From positions 256,001 through 320,000 of the forward strand of contig JAHPZH010000005.1 in the NCBI GenBank assembly GCA_019058315.1: a stretch of DNA of 64,000 nt. Reading direction: 5' to 3'. Of this stretch, positions 1 through 10,367 are shown piece by piece. The first letter of the stretch is position 1, and the number at the start of each line of letters is the position of its first letter. The translations under genes and the position numbers were made by a program. This stretch comes from Candidatus Helarchaeota archaeon (GTDB lineage: Archaea > Asgardarchaeota > Lokiarchaeia > Helarchaeales > RDOG01). Under the pieces are notes generated by a model that had not been told where the DNA came from, did not search any database, and saw only the letters and a program-made list of their open reading frames with translations.

Positions 1-1850
1 TTCAATAAATTAGCTATTGTCGGAGCTATATCGATTAAATTTGCTGGATCTTTTAATTCATAACCTTTTTTTATCCCTGGTCCATTAATTATAAGAGGAA
101 CACTAATAGAATAATTTCCAAGTGTAGCATCAGGAAGATAATAAGCATGAGCAGCATAATTTACTACTGCATTATAGGCTTCTGGTTTAACTAAAAGATC
201 AGGCGGTTGTTCAGCCGCATTAAGTTGTTCCATTCTAGCATCGAATAACATATATGGGGGGTTAAGAAAATAAACCACGTCACCTACTTTTTCTCCATTC
301 TGCCCTAGATGATCAGCTTCTTCTTTTCGAAGTGCAAGGTGAACGATTTTATTTCCTGTTTCAGGATCCCTCATTTGATACAGCGTCTGAATTATCTTAT
401 CTCTCACTGATTCATATTCTGAAGGACTTACAATTCCATGAGGATCTCTCCCCTTAAGATTGACCCATATATATGAAGGCTCTAAATAAGGAAATGCAAC
501 TGTATTTTTCCAATCAACAACAAATTTTTGATCATTTTTATTCCATTTATAAGTTAAAAGATTTGATCTAACGAAAGCTAATGGAATATTCACAACTCTC
601 CAAGCGGGAAGTGCGCCATGGTCTGATAAAAAAATGACAATTGTCTCTTTATCAACACAATTTTTCAATAGATCTCCAACAAGATCATCAATTATATGGT
701 AAGCGGTTTGTACATGTTCCCAAGCTCTTTCAGCAGCTTTTTCAGTAAAAAAAGGAGATTTTTCATAAAGTTGAGCAAGAGTTCTATGGTTGACACTATC
801 AAGGATATGGATATGAAAGATACATAAATCCCAGTCTAATTTTTTCTTAGAATACTCTATAGCTCGCGTGAGAGTATATGTTTCTCTCCCAGCATATGAT
901 AAAAATGATTTGACTTTTCCTTCTATCATGTAGTCAACTTTTTGTTGCTTCACAAAGTCGTATATATCGTAGACCATTGCATTCCTAATAATTTCTTCAC
1001 CAAATTTCTCAGAAGTTGTCCAACCTTTAGTGTTATAAACACTTGTAAGTTGAAACCTTAATTGACTACCATCACGTGCTAATTCTAGTAATTGAATTTT
1101 TAAGAGACAAGGTAATATTCCATGAATTGTTGAAACATCAAAGGAGATCCAATCACTCCATCCTTCGACCTTAATATTTTGCCATTTTTCTTCAAAATTT
1201 ATAGGCAAAGTTAGAGAATCAAACCCCTTTCCACTGCTATCTATTAAATAAGCATTAAATTTAATGGCTTCTTTTATATTTTCATTTTTAATCTCAATAG
1301 TAATTTGAAATAATGGAGATTTACTATCAAATTTATTCGGTTCTTCTGACCTAATGATCTGGGTAGAGGGATTTGGGGAATCTTTAGTATAAGTAAATTT
1401 ATTTGGATAAGTTATTGTTCTTGGGAGTGATTCTGGAAGAGGCCAAGTAAGTAGACTCATGACACCATTTTTAAAATTACTGGGCCAACCTCCCGGATAA
1501 TTCAAAACAAAAGGAGTTAGTCCATGTTTATCTGCAACATCCCAAATATACTCAGCACCACAATGACGTGAGAGTGAAGACCTTGATCTAATCTTGAGAC
1601 CATAGTCAAATGGTTCACCTGGAATATGTAAATAAAAACTGGTTGCTCCATGAACAGCAGTGGTAGCCCCAGTGGCTATAGTGGTCCAGTTTGTAGGAGT
1701 ATCACATGGTGGACATGAAAGTCCTTCTCCTATTACTCCACCTTCAACTAACTTACTAATATTAGGTAAGGATCCTTCTCCAATAAATTTTCTAATTAAA
1801 TAAGGTATTGCTTGATCTACTCCAATTAATAAAACCTTGTTAGAAGTCAA
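1..1850 (-). CDS. Alkaline-phosphatase-superfamily type I phosphodiesterase/nucleotide pyrophosphatase (3' end runs off the window)
   Basis: Not in the ORF track. Manual translation from TTG at 1850 gives MTSNKVLLIGVDQAIPYLIRKFIGEGSLPNISKL...CDTPTNWTTIATG...HG; the window-edge end reads ...DPANLIDIAPTIANLL. These are typical NPP/AP motifs. Confidence 0.85.
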   Translation of the reverse strand, partial: MTSNKVLLIGVDQAIPYLIRKFIGEGSLPNISKLVEGGVIGEGLSCPPCDTPTNWTTIATGATTAVHGATSFYLHIPGEPFDYGLKIRSRSSLSRHCGAEYIWDVADKHGLTPFVLNYPGGWPSNFKNGVMSLLTWPLPESLPRTITYPNKFTYTKDSPNPSTQIIRSEEPNKFDSKSPLFQITIEIKNENIKEAIKFNAYLIDSSGKGFDSLTLPINFEEKWQNIKVEGWSDWISFDVSTIHGILPCLLKIQLLELARDGSQLRFQLTSVYNTKGWTTSEKFGEEIIRNAMVYDIYDFVKQQKVDYMIEGKVKSFLSYAGRETYTLTRAIEYSKKKLDWDLCIFHIHILDSVNHRTLAQLYEKSPFFTEKAAERAWEHVQTAYHIIDDLVGDLLKNCVDKETIVIFLSDHGALPAWRVVNIPLAFVRSNLLTYKWNKNDQKFVVDWKNTVAFPYLEPSYIWVNLKGRDPHGIVSPSEYESVRDKIIQTLYQMRDPETGNKIVHLALRKEEADHLGQNGEKVGDVVYFLNPPYMLFDARMEQLNAAEQPPDLLVKPEAYNAVVNYAAHAYYLPDATLGNYSISVPLIINGPGIKKGYELKDPANLIDIAPTIANLL

Positions 1851-1855
1851 CTTTT

Positions 1856-2638
1856 TTACCGTGAAACCCATCCACCATCTACTAAAATATCTGCTCCGGT
1901 CATATACGATGAATCCTCACTTGCTAGAAATAAAATAACTTTCGCAACTTCCATAGGATCTGCCCAACGTCCCATGACACCCTCTTCTTCAAACTCCTTT
2001 TTAACAACTTCAAAATCTACGCCCCTTTCGCGAGCATTTTTTGCAACATCACTTCTTAGCATTGGAGTGTCTGTGGCACCAGGACTAACAGAATTAACGC
2101 GAACATTAAATGGTGCTAAGTCTAATGCCAAGGCTCTGGTCATCCCGAGAACTCCTGCTTTTGTAGAACAATAATTGGCATGATTAACTTGTCCAATATG
2201 TCCTGCCACAGATGCAAGATTTACTATTACACCAGATTTTTGTTTTTTAAAAGTTGGTATAGTATATTTACAGCAAAAAAAGGTTCCCTTTAAATTAACA
2301 TTAATAAGTAAATCATAATCTTCTTCATTGAATTCTTCTGGCAGCCCTACGCGTACAACTCCTGCATTATTGATCAATAGATCTATACGTCCATATTTTT
2401 TCAATATTTGTTCAATAGCATCAGCTACAGCGCTAGATTTAGAAACATCAAGATTAATAAATTCAGCTTTTGCGCTTGGAACTTCATTTTTAATTAAATT
2501 GACTGTTTCTTCTCCACCCTTTTGATCTATATCTGCAAGTATTTGAATAGCACCCTCTTTTGCAAATAAGATGGCAGTTGCACGTCCAATACCTGAAGAA
2601 GCACCTGTCAAAAGAGTAATTTTATCTTTTAATTTCAT
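1856..2638 (-). CDS. SDR family NAD(P)-dependent oxidoreductase
   Basis: TGASSGIG, NNAG, YCSTK (YxxxK) and VNSVSPG motifs. Confidence 0.95.
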   Translation of the reverse strand: MKLKDKITLLTGASSGIGRATAILFAKEGAIQILADIDQKGGEETVNLIKNEVPSAKAEFINLDVSKSSAVADAIEQILKKYGRIDLLINNAGVVRVGLPEEFNEEDYDLLINVNLKGTFFCCKYTIPTFKKQKSGVIVNLASVAGHIGQVNHANYCSTKAGVLGMTRALALDLAPFNVRVNSVSPGATDTPMLRSDVAKNARERGVDFEVVKKEFEEEGVMGRWADPMEVAKVILFLASEDSSYMTGADILVDGGWVSR

Positions 2639-2768
2639 AATTTTTACTCCTAATCAAATATCTTAATCATTTATATTTAATTTTTTCAAGATAGATTATC
2701 TGATTTGAACTTTTAATTGTCTATCTAGGACTTATTTAAATCCAAAATCTTCTTTATCCATGAACATT

Positions 2769-3941
2769 CTATTTGAAAATACTAAAAATCAAATTTTTCA
2801 TTTTTTCAGTTTCAAATAAACCAACATTACCTCTCCAATTCTCAAGTTCCTTTTTATAAGTTGATTCAAACATATCAATAAATTTGATTAATTTCTCATG
2901 AATTAAAGGTGTTTGCTCAGCTACGAATAATACTCCAAAAACATGTTTTCCATGTTTAAATAATAAAATTAAATCCCCAAAATCTACTGTATTTACAGTC
3001 TTACCCAAAACATAAGAATCCTCCAGACCGTAAGCTATTGAATAAATAAAACCACCTAATAAAAGTTTTTTTGAAGAAAAGGTTTCAGAATATTGACCTT
3101 TCTTAAAGTCAATATCATATATCAATTGTCCATTATTTCTAATCAAGTAGAGAGATTTAACACTAAAGTAAGCAGTTATTGATTCAATATAATCTGGGAA
3201 TATAATAGTGAAAGAAGCTGCAAAAACCAAGATAAATGCAACAAAAAATAAGTCAACTGTAAATAATTCTACAGTATTTGGGGAAGTAAAGTAAATTCCA
3301 ATAATTAAAAATCTTTCTACTATAATTGTACAAAAAATAAAACAAAATTGAGCAAATACTATTAATAACCGCTTATTTTTGATTTCTTTTAAAAAATTGA
3401 TGGTAAGGTAAATTAGATAGATGGCAAAAAAAATAACAAAAAAGAAAATAATAAGATATTGAGTTTGGTCGGTTTGATAGGTATAAAATCCAATCTCATT
3501 GGGTGAAATTTCATAAATACCAAACATATTTACTAGGAAAAAAAATCCTGATAAAAATACATAAAAAAATACTATTGTGTATATTAAAAATTCTTTTTTT
3601 AATTCATGACCACTCAATTTATTTATAACAACGACCATTTGAAATGTTATAGGGACACTAAGATAAATAAGGGCTATTTTTACAATATAATTAAATTTAT
3701 CCATAAATTCTGGAACAAAACCTATAAGATGAATTGTGAGTATCCTATAACAATCAAAAACAATCCCATATCCAACACTAAATAAAAATAACATTAAATA
3801 TTGATTGATCTGGGTAATATGCTTTAAATTCTGTATAAAACTATTTATAATAATTATTGAATAGGAAATTAAAATCGTAATGGTTAAGCTTAAGATAAAT
3901 ATATTCAAATACAAACACCATAAAATGTTAAATTGTCCCAA
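2769..3941 (-). CDS. Multi-pass membrane protein with C-terminal longin-like domain
   Basis: About 7 hydrophobic segments, then SLYLIRNNGQLIY...LLGGFIYSI...GKHVFGVLFV...FIDMFESTY...W, resembling Asgard longin-like domains. Confidence 0.65.
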   Translation of the reverse strand: MGQFNILWCLYLNIFILSLTITILISYSIIIINSFIQNLKHITQINQYLMLFLFSVGYGIVFDCYRILTIHLIGFVPEFMDKFNYIVKIALIYLSVPITFQMVVVINKLSGHELKKEFLIYTIVFFYVFLSGFFFLVNMFGIYEISPNEIGFYTYQTDQTQYLIIFFFVIFFAIYLIYLTINFLKEIKNKRLLIVFAQFCFIFCTIIVERFLIIGIYFTSPNTVELFTVDLFFVAFILVFAASFTIIFPDYIESITAYFSVKSLYLIRNNGQLIYDIDFKKGQYSETFSSKKLLLGGFIYSIAYGLEDSYVLGKTVNTVDFGDLILLFKHGKHVFGVLFVAEQTPLIHEKLIKFIDMFESTYKKELENWRGNVGLFETEKMKNLIFSIFK

Positions 3942-4098
3942 TTCAATAATTTTTTAAATAACGAATCTCCTTATGACCAGATTTCTCATAAAATAACCTA
4001 TCAAATTTTAATATTAATTTTATAATTTATTTAATTTTACAATCAATTTAAAAAAAATTCAAATTCCTTATTCAATAAAATTTAGAATGTGAATAACC

Positions 4099-4338
4099 AT
4101 GAAACCCCCAATTTGTGAAATATGTGATAAGAGAATGGACGAATTTGACGATTGTGGACTAGTATATTTCAAAAAGCGACCAAGTGATCTTGAGTGGGAC
4201 AAGAAGGCAGAACAACCAGGTTTTGTAGGCCATCCACCGTACGCTGCATGGTTTTGCAAAGAGCACTACGAAGAGGCAAAAAAATTTGAACATTTAACAA
4301 TTTCAGAAGCACTGCAAAAGATAAAAGAGAAAACTTAA
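4099..4338 (+). CDS. Small putative Zn-binding protein
   Basis: 79 aa with CEIC ... WFCKEH; fills the intergenic gap. Confidence 0.75.
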   Translation: MKPPICEICDKRMDEFDDCGLVYFKKRPSDLEWDKKAEQPGFVGHPPYAAWFCKEHYEEAKKFEHLTISEALQKIKEKT

Positions 4339-4342
4339 ATTA

Positions 4343-4801
4343 TTAAATATCCTTCTCAAATAATACTTTTTCTTCAAATCCTAATTTTTTATAAAATCTA
4401 ATTGCTTTCTTATTCTCAAGCTCTGTACTAACTTCAATTTCACAACAGCCAAGTTTCTTACATTGTTCAATAACCCCTTCTACCAGATATTGACCAATCC
4501 CTTTATTTTGATAATCTTGACTAACAATCAGCTCATCAATTAATCCAGATAAACCCGAATGTAGGAGTGTTTTCCGGATTATAAAGGTAATAAAACCTAC
4601 TACCCTGTTATCAATTTCAGCAATTAAAAATTTGGAATTTGAATCCTTTAACATATCTTTAAAATTATTAATAGCTATGTCTTTCTCAATGCCTTCCTTG
4701 TTGTTTAGAGAAGCAATAAGTTCATTTATTAAATTTTCAACAAATAGTAGGTCTTTTTCTACTGCATTTCTAATTACTATGTTATTCATACAAATCAACA
4801 A
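4343..4801 (-). CDS. GNAT family N-acetyltransferase
   Basis: VSQDYQNKGIG motif A and NKKAIRFYKKLGF. Confidence 0.92.
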   Translation of the reverse strand: MLICMNNIVIRNAVEKDLLFVENLINELIASLNNKEGIEKDIAINNFKDMLKDSNSKFLIAEIDNRVVGFITFIIRKTLLHSGLSGLIDELIVSQDYQNKGIGQYLVEGVIEQCKKLGCCEIEVSTELENKKAIRFYKKLGFEEKVLFEKDI

Positions 4802-4807
4802 ATTATT

Positions 4808-5239
4808 TTAAATTTCTAATTCCATGATATAACTTGAAATTTTGAACTTGAATTTTTCATATAATTTTATGGCAGTTTCGTTCCGTTTTTGGACAGTTAA
4901 TCTAATTAGACCTCCTCCCTCCTTTTTTATATAATTTAAACTCTCTTCCAGTAATTTTTCACCTATTTTTCTATTTCTCCATTTCTCATTAACTGCAATC
5001 GGTCCGAAATACCAATGGCCTTTTAATATAAAACTCGCGAAACCAACTATTTCATCCTTTTCTAAAGCTACTAAAATATCCCCAGGAATATTTAGTTTCG
5101 TGAATCTTTTAACATCTTTTTTGAATTTATTAGTAGTATATTCAATATTATCTGTTTTATCTTTAAAATTTTCAATATAAATATTAATTATTTCATCTAA
5201 TTCTTCCATTTTAAAAGCTCGAATGGTAACCATATTCAT
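4808..5239 (-). CDS. GNAT family N-acetyltransferase
   Basis: AVNEKWRNRKIG and NETAIKLYEKFKF. Confidence 0.92.
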   Translation of the reverse strand: MNMVTIRAFKMEELDEIINIYIENFKDKTDNIEYTTNKFKKDVKRFTKLNIPGDILVALEKDEIVGFASFILKGHWYFGPIAVNEKWRNRKIGEKLLEESLNYIKKEGGGLIRLTVQKRNETAIKLYEKFKFKISSYIMELEI

Positions 5240-5251
5240 TCAACTCGAAAA

Positions 5252-5725
5252 TCAGATATGTTTAAAATATTGACTCCAATCGATAGATTTGACTGTGGAA
5301 TGAAGCATATGGTCATCATCCACAAGATGATAAGTTAAATTAGTAAAAAGCTCCTCGGCACGTTTACGAGTGGCTTCAATTGAAACTATCTGATCATTTT
5401 TACCATGATAAAGGACCACAGGAATATTTATAGACTTACAAGATTGGAGTTTTGAATGAGTCAATACTGGTGCAAGAAGAATTAGCCGATCTACGCTATC
5501 AGGATTTTCACATGTATAAAGTGTACCCATAAATCCCCCATAACTCGAACCTATAATGATCCAATGCTTTTTTTCACTTAGAATATTCTTTAATTGGTTT
5601 ATTTTTTCTTCTTCAGTTCCTACAAAATCTGGTGTAAGACAAGTGGGTAAGATACTTCGAAAGAAATTCCCCTTAAATCCTTGTCCTGAGGAAATTAGAC
5701 CATGTACAAAAATTACATTTAGCAT
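5252..5725 (-). CDS. Alpha/beta hydrolase (YqiA-like esterase)
   Basis: VHG, GSSYGG nucleophile elbow, HGKND and DDDH. Confidence 0.88.
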   Translation of the reverse strand: MLNVIFVHGLISSGQGFKGNFFRSILPTCLTPDFVGTEEEKINQLKNILSEKKHWIIIGSSYGGFMGTLYTCENPDSVDRLILLAPVLTHSKLQSCKSINIPVVLYHGKNDQIVSIEATRKRAEELFTNLTYHLVDDDHMLHSTVKSIDWSQYFKHI

Positions 5726-5836
5726 ATGGTATTATTACAATTAAATTATTTAAAAAATGGATTAATTAAAAATCAATTATTATATCTTATTGGTATTTGT
5801 TATTCATACAATTTTACTTTTGATGAGGAAAAATTC

Positions 5837-6982
5837 ATGGATATTGTAAAATTTGGTATAATTGGATGTGGAATGGCGGCGAGGTTTCATATTTTAGGAA
5901 TGAGAAATGTTTCTAATCCCCCTTTGAAATTTGTAGCTGCCCATGATATTAATGAGAAAATATTAACCCGATTTTCAAAAGCACATAAATTAACTCCTTA
6001 TAATAAATTAGAAGATTTGCTTCAAAGTGATATTGACGCTGTGTTGATATTACTTCCACATTATTTGCATGCCAGAGTAACTAAAGCAGCTGCGGAAGCT
6101 GGGAAACATGTATTGTGTGAAAAGCCCATGGCACCTACACTTGAAGAATGTGATGAAATGATAACAGTTACAAAAAAAGCTGGTGTAGAATTCATGATTG
6201 CAGAAAATCACCGTTTTCTCCCTGCTCACCTGTATATAAAAGATTTACTAGAGCGGGATTTTATTGGAGATGTTTTTCTCATTAATACTTATGAAGGTGC
6301 ATATGACGATCCCGAACATTTCCTCAATCCCGATATTTGGCATTTTACTTACGATAAGGGGGGCGGTGGAGTCTTAGCGGATCAGGGAGCTCATAAATTT
6401 GCTTTATTAAATTGGTTACTTGATGATACAGTTGAATCAGCACAGGCATGGTGTGCAAAGACATTAAATAGTCCTCCAAATAAAGGTGAAGATAATGCAA
6501 TAATTTTTTTACGATTTAGAAAAGGTGCTATTGCAGAAATTACAGTTTCAACAAGTGCTATCCATACACCATATAATTCAACAGAATTACATGGAACTAA
6601 AGGTTCTATAATCGAAAATCACCAATGGGAGAATCCAGTTAAGATATTTTCATCACATAAGGAAGCAGAGACAAAAGGTTTTTTTTACGGACCAAAAGAA
6701 CCTCCAGAACATGGTCCATTTCCAAAATATTACATAATATCTGCTCGAAATGAAGATTCACATTTTGCCGAATGTGTATTAAACAATAAAAAACCAGAAT
6801 TTACTCCTGAAAATGCCAAAGAAGCAGTCGCTTCAATACTACTTGCTTATCTTTCAGTTAAAAAAGGTACTATGACTAAAATGGATGAATTAAAAAAAAT
6901 GGCCAAAATGGAAGGAACTAAAAGCATTTTAAATGGTTTAGAAGAATTTATGCAAAAGAATTATGAAAATTTGAATTGGTAA
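5837..6982 (+). CDS. Gfo/Idh/MocA family oxidoreductase
   Basis: GIIGCG, GKHVLCEKP and GGGVLADQGAH. Start moved to ATG 5837, which follows a GAGG SD. Confidence 0.93.
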   Translation: MDIVKFGIIGCGMAARFHILGMRNVSNPPLKFVAAHDINEKILTRFSKAHKLTPYNKLEDLLQSDIDAVLILLPHYLHARVTKAAAEAGKHVLCEKPMAPTLEECDEMITVTKKAGVEFMIAENHRFLPAHLYIKDLLERDFIGDVFLINTYEGAYDDPEHFLNPDIWHFTYDKGGGGVLADQGAHKFALLNWLLDDTVESAQAWCAKTLNSPPNKGEDNAIIFLRFRKGAIAEITVSTSAIHTPYNSTELHGTKGSIIENHQWENPVKIFSSHKEAETKGFFYGPKEPPEHGPFPKYYIISARNEDSHFAECVLNNKKPEFTPENAKEAVASILLAYLSVKKGTMTKMDELKKMAKMEGTKSILNGLEEFMQKNYENLNW

Positions 6983-6996
6983 GGGATTAAGAATTT

Positions 6997-7725
6997 ATGA
7001 ATAAACGCTATTCTTTCATCTGTGCTCACCCAGACGATCTGGAAATGATGGTAGGAGCTTTTATTCGACACGCTGTGAATAAAGGTAATGATGTAGAAAT
7101 AGCTTCTATGACAAAGGGAGAATGGGGAACATTAATTCCAGAATTAAAAGGGGAAAAATTAGCAAAAATTCGTGAGCGAGAACTTCAAAATGCTGCCAAG
7201 TTACATGGAATCCCCAAAAATAAAGTAAAATTTCTAGGGCTTATTGATGGAAATGTAACAGTTCCAAAAGCCATAAAAGTTCTTCGAAAATATTTCAAAG
7301 ATCGCAAACCTGATGTAATTTTTGTTCCTGAATATAATTTTTCTACTTATGTTCATGAAGATCATTTAAATACGGGGAAAGCCGCTTGCATACTTCTTAA
7401 AAAGGAGTTCGAATCCCAAAGACCGCTCATGTTTACATATCATTCATATAAAAATAATGTTTTTTTACGCACAAATATGCGTTCTACAGGAAAAGCCCTT
7501 GCAGAACATAAAACTCAATTTCAAGTCATTGGTTTTTTATTACCCTTTCGATATTTAATTGATTTATATCATGGGTTTCATTACCACCGACTCATGTTCA
7601 TGGAGGCATGTCGTCAAGTTTTTTTCAATAAAAAGATAAAAGTCACACTTTGGGATAGAATTCTTCATGCAGCTTTTAACCTCGGTAAATTTGTCTTTAA
7701 AGCTTGGAAACCAGAAAATATTTAA
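6997..7725 (+). CDS. PIG-L/LmbE family deacetylase
   Basis: AHPDD, T.GE.G, R..E...AA and H.DH motifs. Confidence 0.9.
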   Translation: MNKRYSFICAHPDDLEMMVGAFIRHAVNKGNDVEIASMTKGEWGTLIPELKGEKLAKIRERELQNAAKLHGIPKNKVKFLGLIDGNVTVPKAIKVLRKYFKDRKPDVIFVPEYNFSTYVHEDHLNTGKAACILLKKEFESQRPLMFTYHSYKNNVFLRTNMRSTGKALAEHKTQFQVIGFLLPFRYLIDLYHGFHYHRLMFMEACRQVFFNKKIKVTLWDRILHAAFNLGKFVFKAWKPENI

Positions 7726-7783
7726 TTTTATGAGATATTGAATTAAGGGCATTTTAAGAGTAAATGATGATTTTAAAACATTG

Positions 7784-8410
7784 TTAGTCAAGCATAAGAG
7801 TTGATATTTTACCATTTTTAATAGTAAATAAAGCACCTTTAGGTCCTACATTGCAAACCATAGAAGAGCCGATATATGCGATTTTTTGAACTTCTTCATG
7901 AACATGACCACAAATTACTAACAAAGGTTGGATTTTAGCAACTAAGTCTCTATATTCTGCAACACCAATATTTCTTCCATCATTACATAGATCAACAGTC
8001 TCAAATGGTGGAACATGAGAAATAATAATTAAATTTTCATTCTTTGGAACATTTTTTGAAATAATTCCATGTATCTCCGGGATATCCCGTTTAACATCAA
8101 ATTCATCTCCTCCCAATCCAATAAAATGAATTCCATTAAAAACCTTGATCTTTAGATGAATGTTTATCGCATTCTTAAGTTCAGTATTAGGATTCAGTTG
8201 TTCTTCAGAATTACCCCAAACAAATAATATAGGGGAATATTCCAGATTTTGAATCCTATTTTCAAGAAGTTTGATAGACCCACGATCTTGCAAGTCTCCA
8301 CATAATAAGAGAAGATCTGGTTTATATTGTTCTAGCTTTTTCTTTACATCGATATAATGATCTTTAAGGCCAAATAAACCATGAAAATCAGAAAAAGTTA
8401 AAATTTTCAT
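7784..8410 (-). CDS. Calcineurin-like metallophosphoesterase
   Basis: SDFHG, CGD, GNSE, SHVPP and CGHVHE; likely start ATG 8410. Confidence 0.9.
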   Translation of the reverse strand: MKILTFSDFHGLFGLKDHYIDVKKKLEQYKPDLLLLCGDLQDRGSIKLLENRIQNLEYSPILFVWGNSEEQLNPNTELKNAINIHLKIKVFNGIHFIGLGGDEFDVKRDIPEIHGIISKNVPKNENLIIISHVPPFETVDLCNDGRNIGVAEYRDLVAKIQPLLVICGHVHEEVQKIAYIGSSMVCNVGPKGALFTIKNGKISTLMLD

Positions 8411-8423
8411 ACTTAACTCAATT

Positions 8424-9362
8424 TTATTTAATTTTTTCAAGTTCTGCCTGTCTTTTTGCAAGTGTATACGAACTAATAAGAACTAGTCCTATTCCGACTG
8501 TTAAAAATATAATTGAAAGTAAATTAGGAATGGGTAGTAGATATACAATAATAAAATAAAATGGGGGCACTATTTGGATAGGAACTTGTTGAATTGGAAC
8601 CATATGGCTTGCTTTGGCAACCCTGAATGCCTCTTGGATTTTGGCAATACCTAACATATTCACTAAAACCAAAATAATACTAGCAGTGGTAAATATTAAC
8701 AATTCATCTAGAATAAATCTGCCACTTAGCACATGAGCAATCGTACCTAAAAGTGGGCTTATCCAAAAATTTGAGAGTGCGAACATAGTTCCAGAAAGAT
8801 TTGCCAAAAAAATTCCCTTATATATTCCTTTTCTTTGTAAAAGCTCACAAATTAATGCAAATAAAAATAAGATAATGGTAAAGATTGTAATCCTAATAAT
8901 TAAATCGATATTTAGAAAGTCTATTAAAGCAATTTTTATATCCATTCCACTAAATCCAATAAAAGCAATGGCTCCAATCATTAAAAAAATTCCAATTATT
9001 TCAGAAACTTCTAGTTCTTCTCCTAAAATTTTAATAGACCCTATTGCTAGTACTATTAAACCAGCAGCCATAAGACCAGGAATTAATGTCGGACCAATGT
9101 AGAGCTGTGCAAGCATAAAGAGTGCAGCTCCAACCCCCATTCCTGAAATTAATCCTAATAACCATATTGGATTTTTAATTAGGCTTCTCATTAATTTCGC
9201 CTCATCTGGAACTTTATTTACAACTATTTTTTGTAAGACTGCTCCTATATTGGAAAAAATGCCTGATAATATCGCCAAAAAAACTCCTATCCAATAATCC
9301 ATTAAATTTTTACCGAAAATTTCAGATAAAGTCTCAATAATTGCTTCTGCTAAATTTATCAT
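8424..9362 (-). CDS. DMT-superfamily (NIPA/EamA-like) membrane protein
   Basis: About 9 TM segments; G..LQK, NPIWLLG and ILGEEL patterns. Confidence 0.7.
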   Translation of the reverse strand: MINLAEAIIETLSEIFGKNLMDYWIGVFLAILSGIFSNIGAVLQKIVVNKVPDEAKLMRSLIKNPIWLLGLISGMGVGAALFMLAQLYIGPTLIPGLMAAGLIVLAIGSIKILGEELEVSEIIGIFLMIGAIAFIGFSGMDIKIALIDFLNIDLIIRITIFTIILFLFALICELLQRKGIYKGIFLANLSGTMFALSNFWISPLLGTIAHVLSGRFILDELLIFTTASIILVLVNMLGIAKIQEAFRVAKASHMVPIQQVPIQIVPPFYFIIVYLLPIPNLLSIIFLTVGIGLVLISSYTLAKRQAELEKIK

Positions 9363-9463
9363 TTATACGCATCCATTTCTTTTTCTTATCCTAAAAAGAA
9401 ATTAAATACTTAAGAAGTGAGATTCAAATTTCTCCTTTAAAACCGCTGTTTATACCAAATGAA

Positions 9464-10249
9464 TTATTTACCCTTAAATTTTCCTTGCCTTTTTTGAAAG
9501 AAAGCTGAAACTCCTTCGTTAAAATCTCTAGTTCCATGAGTAAGCAGAAGTTGGTCACCATCCATATGCATAATCGATTGATCTAATGCCGAAACAACAT
9601 TATTAATACTTTTTTTAATCATTTGGGCAGGTATTGGTGGCATTGCAGCATATTTCTTGGCAATTTCAATCGCTCGCTCTAATAAATTATTCTTAGGAAC
9701 CACTTCGCTTAAAAATCCCCATTTCAATAGCGTTTGTGCATCGTTATTATTTCCAAGAATTATCATTTCTTTTGCATATGTAGGACCGATTAAATGAACT
9801 ACTAATGGTAGACTGACCCAGCTTAGGCTCATACCTAACCTACTTTCTGGAAATCCTACAGAGCAATCTTCTGTACCAATTCGAAAATCTAGTGCAGTGA
9901 CAATACATGCAGCTCCCCCAAGAGCAAATCCATTTATTGCTGCAATTGTGATCTGGTCCATCTCATAGAGACAACGAACCATTTTTGGACCAAAATAATA
10001 ATCCCGTTGTCTACCAAGAAGTGTTTTCGGAGTTTGCGGTTCTTTTAAATCTACACCAACGCTAAAATTCTTACCTGCGCCCGTGAAAATTACTACACGA
10101 GTCTCTGTATCTTCATGGAACTCCTCTGTGACTTTAATAATCTCCTTCCTAAGAGTACTATTAAGTGCATTCAGTTTATCTGGACGATTTAAGGTTACAA
10201 TGGCTATGTGGTCATCTCTTCGTTCGATAAGGATATTTTCATATTTCAT
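9464..10249 (-). CDS. Enoyl-CoA hydratase/isomerase family protein
   Basis: TLNRPDKLNAL, FSVGVDL, AAINGFALGG, PESRLG and DFNEGVSAF. Confidence 0.93.
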   Translation of the reverse strand: MKYENILIERRDDHIAIVTLNRPDKLNALNSTLRKEIIKVTEEFHEDTETRVVIFTGAGKNFSVGVDLKEPQTPKTLLGRQRDYYFGPKMVRCLYEMDQITIAAINGFALGGAACIVTALDFRIGTEDCSVGFPESRLGMSLSWVSLPLVVHLIGPTYAKEMIILGNNNDAQTLLKWGFLSEVVPKNNLLERAIEIAKKYAAMPPIPAQMIKKSINNVVSALDQSIMHMDGDQLLLTHGTRDFNEGVSAFFQKRQGKFKGK

Positions 10250-10367
10250 AGCTTTAGCTTTAGATTAAAATTTATAAATTTTTGTGAAAAGGTTAAAAAA
10301 TAAGATAATATTGGGGGTTTTTTTTCCTTTTACCATCGTTTTTTAATACCAGAATATATTCTAGCAA

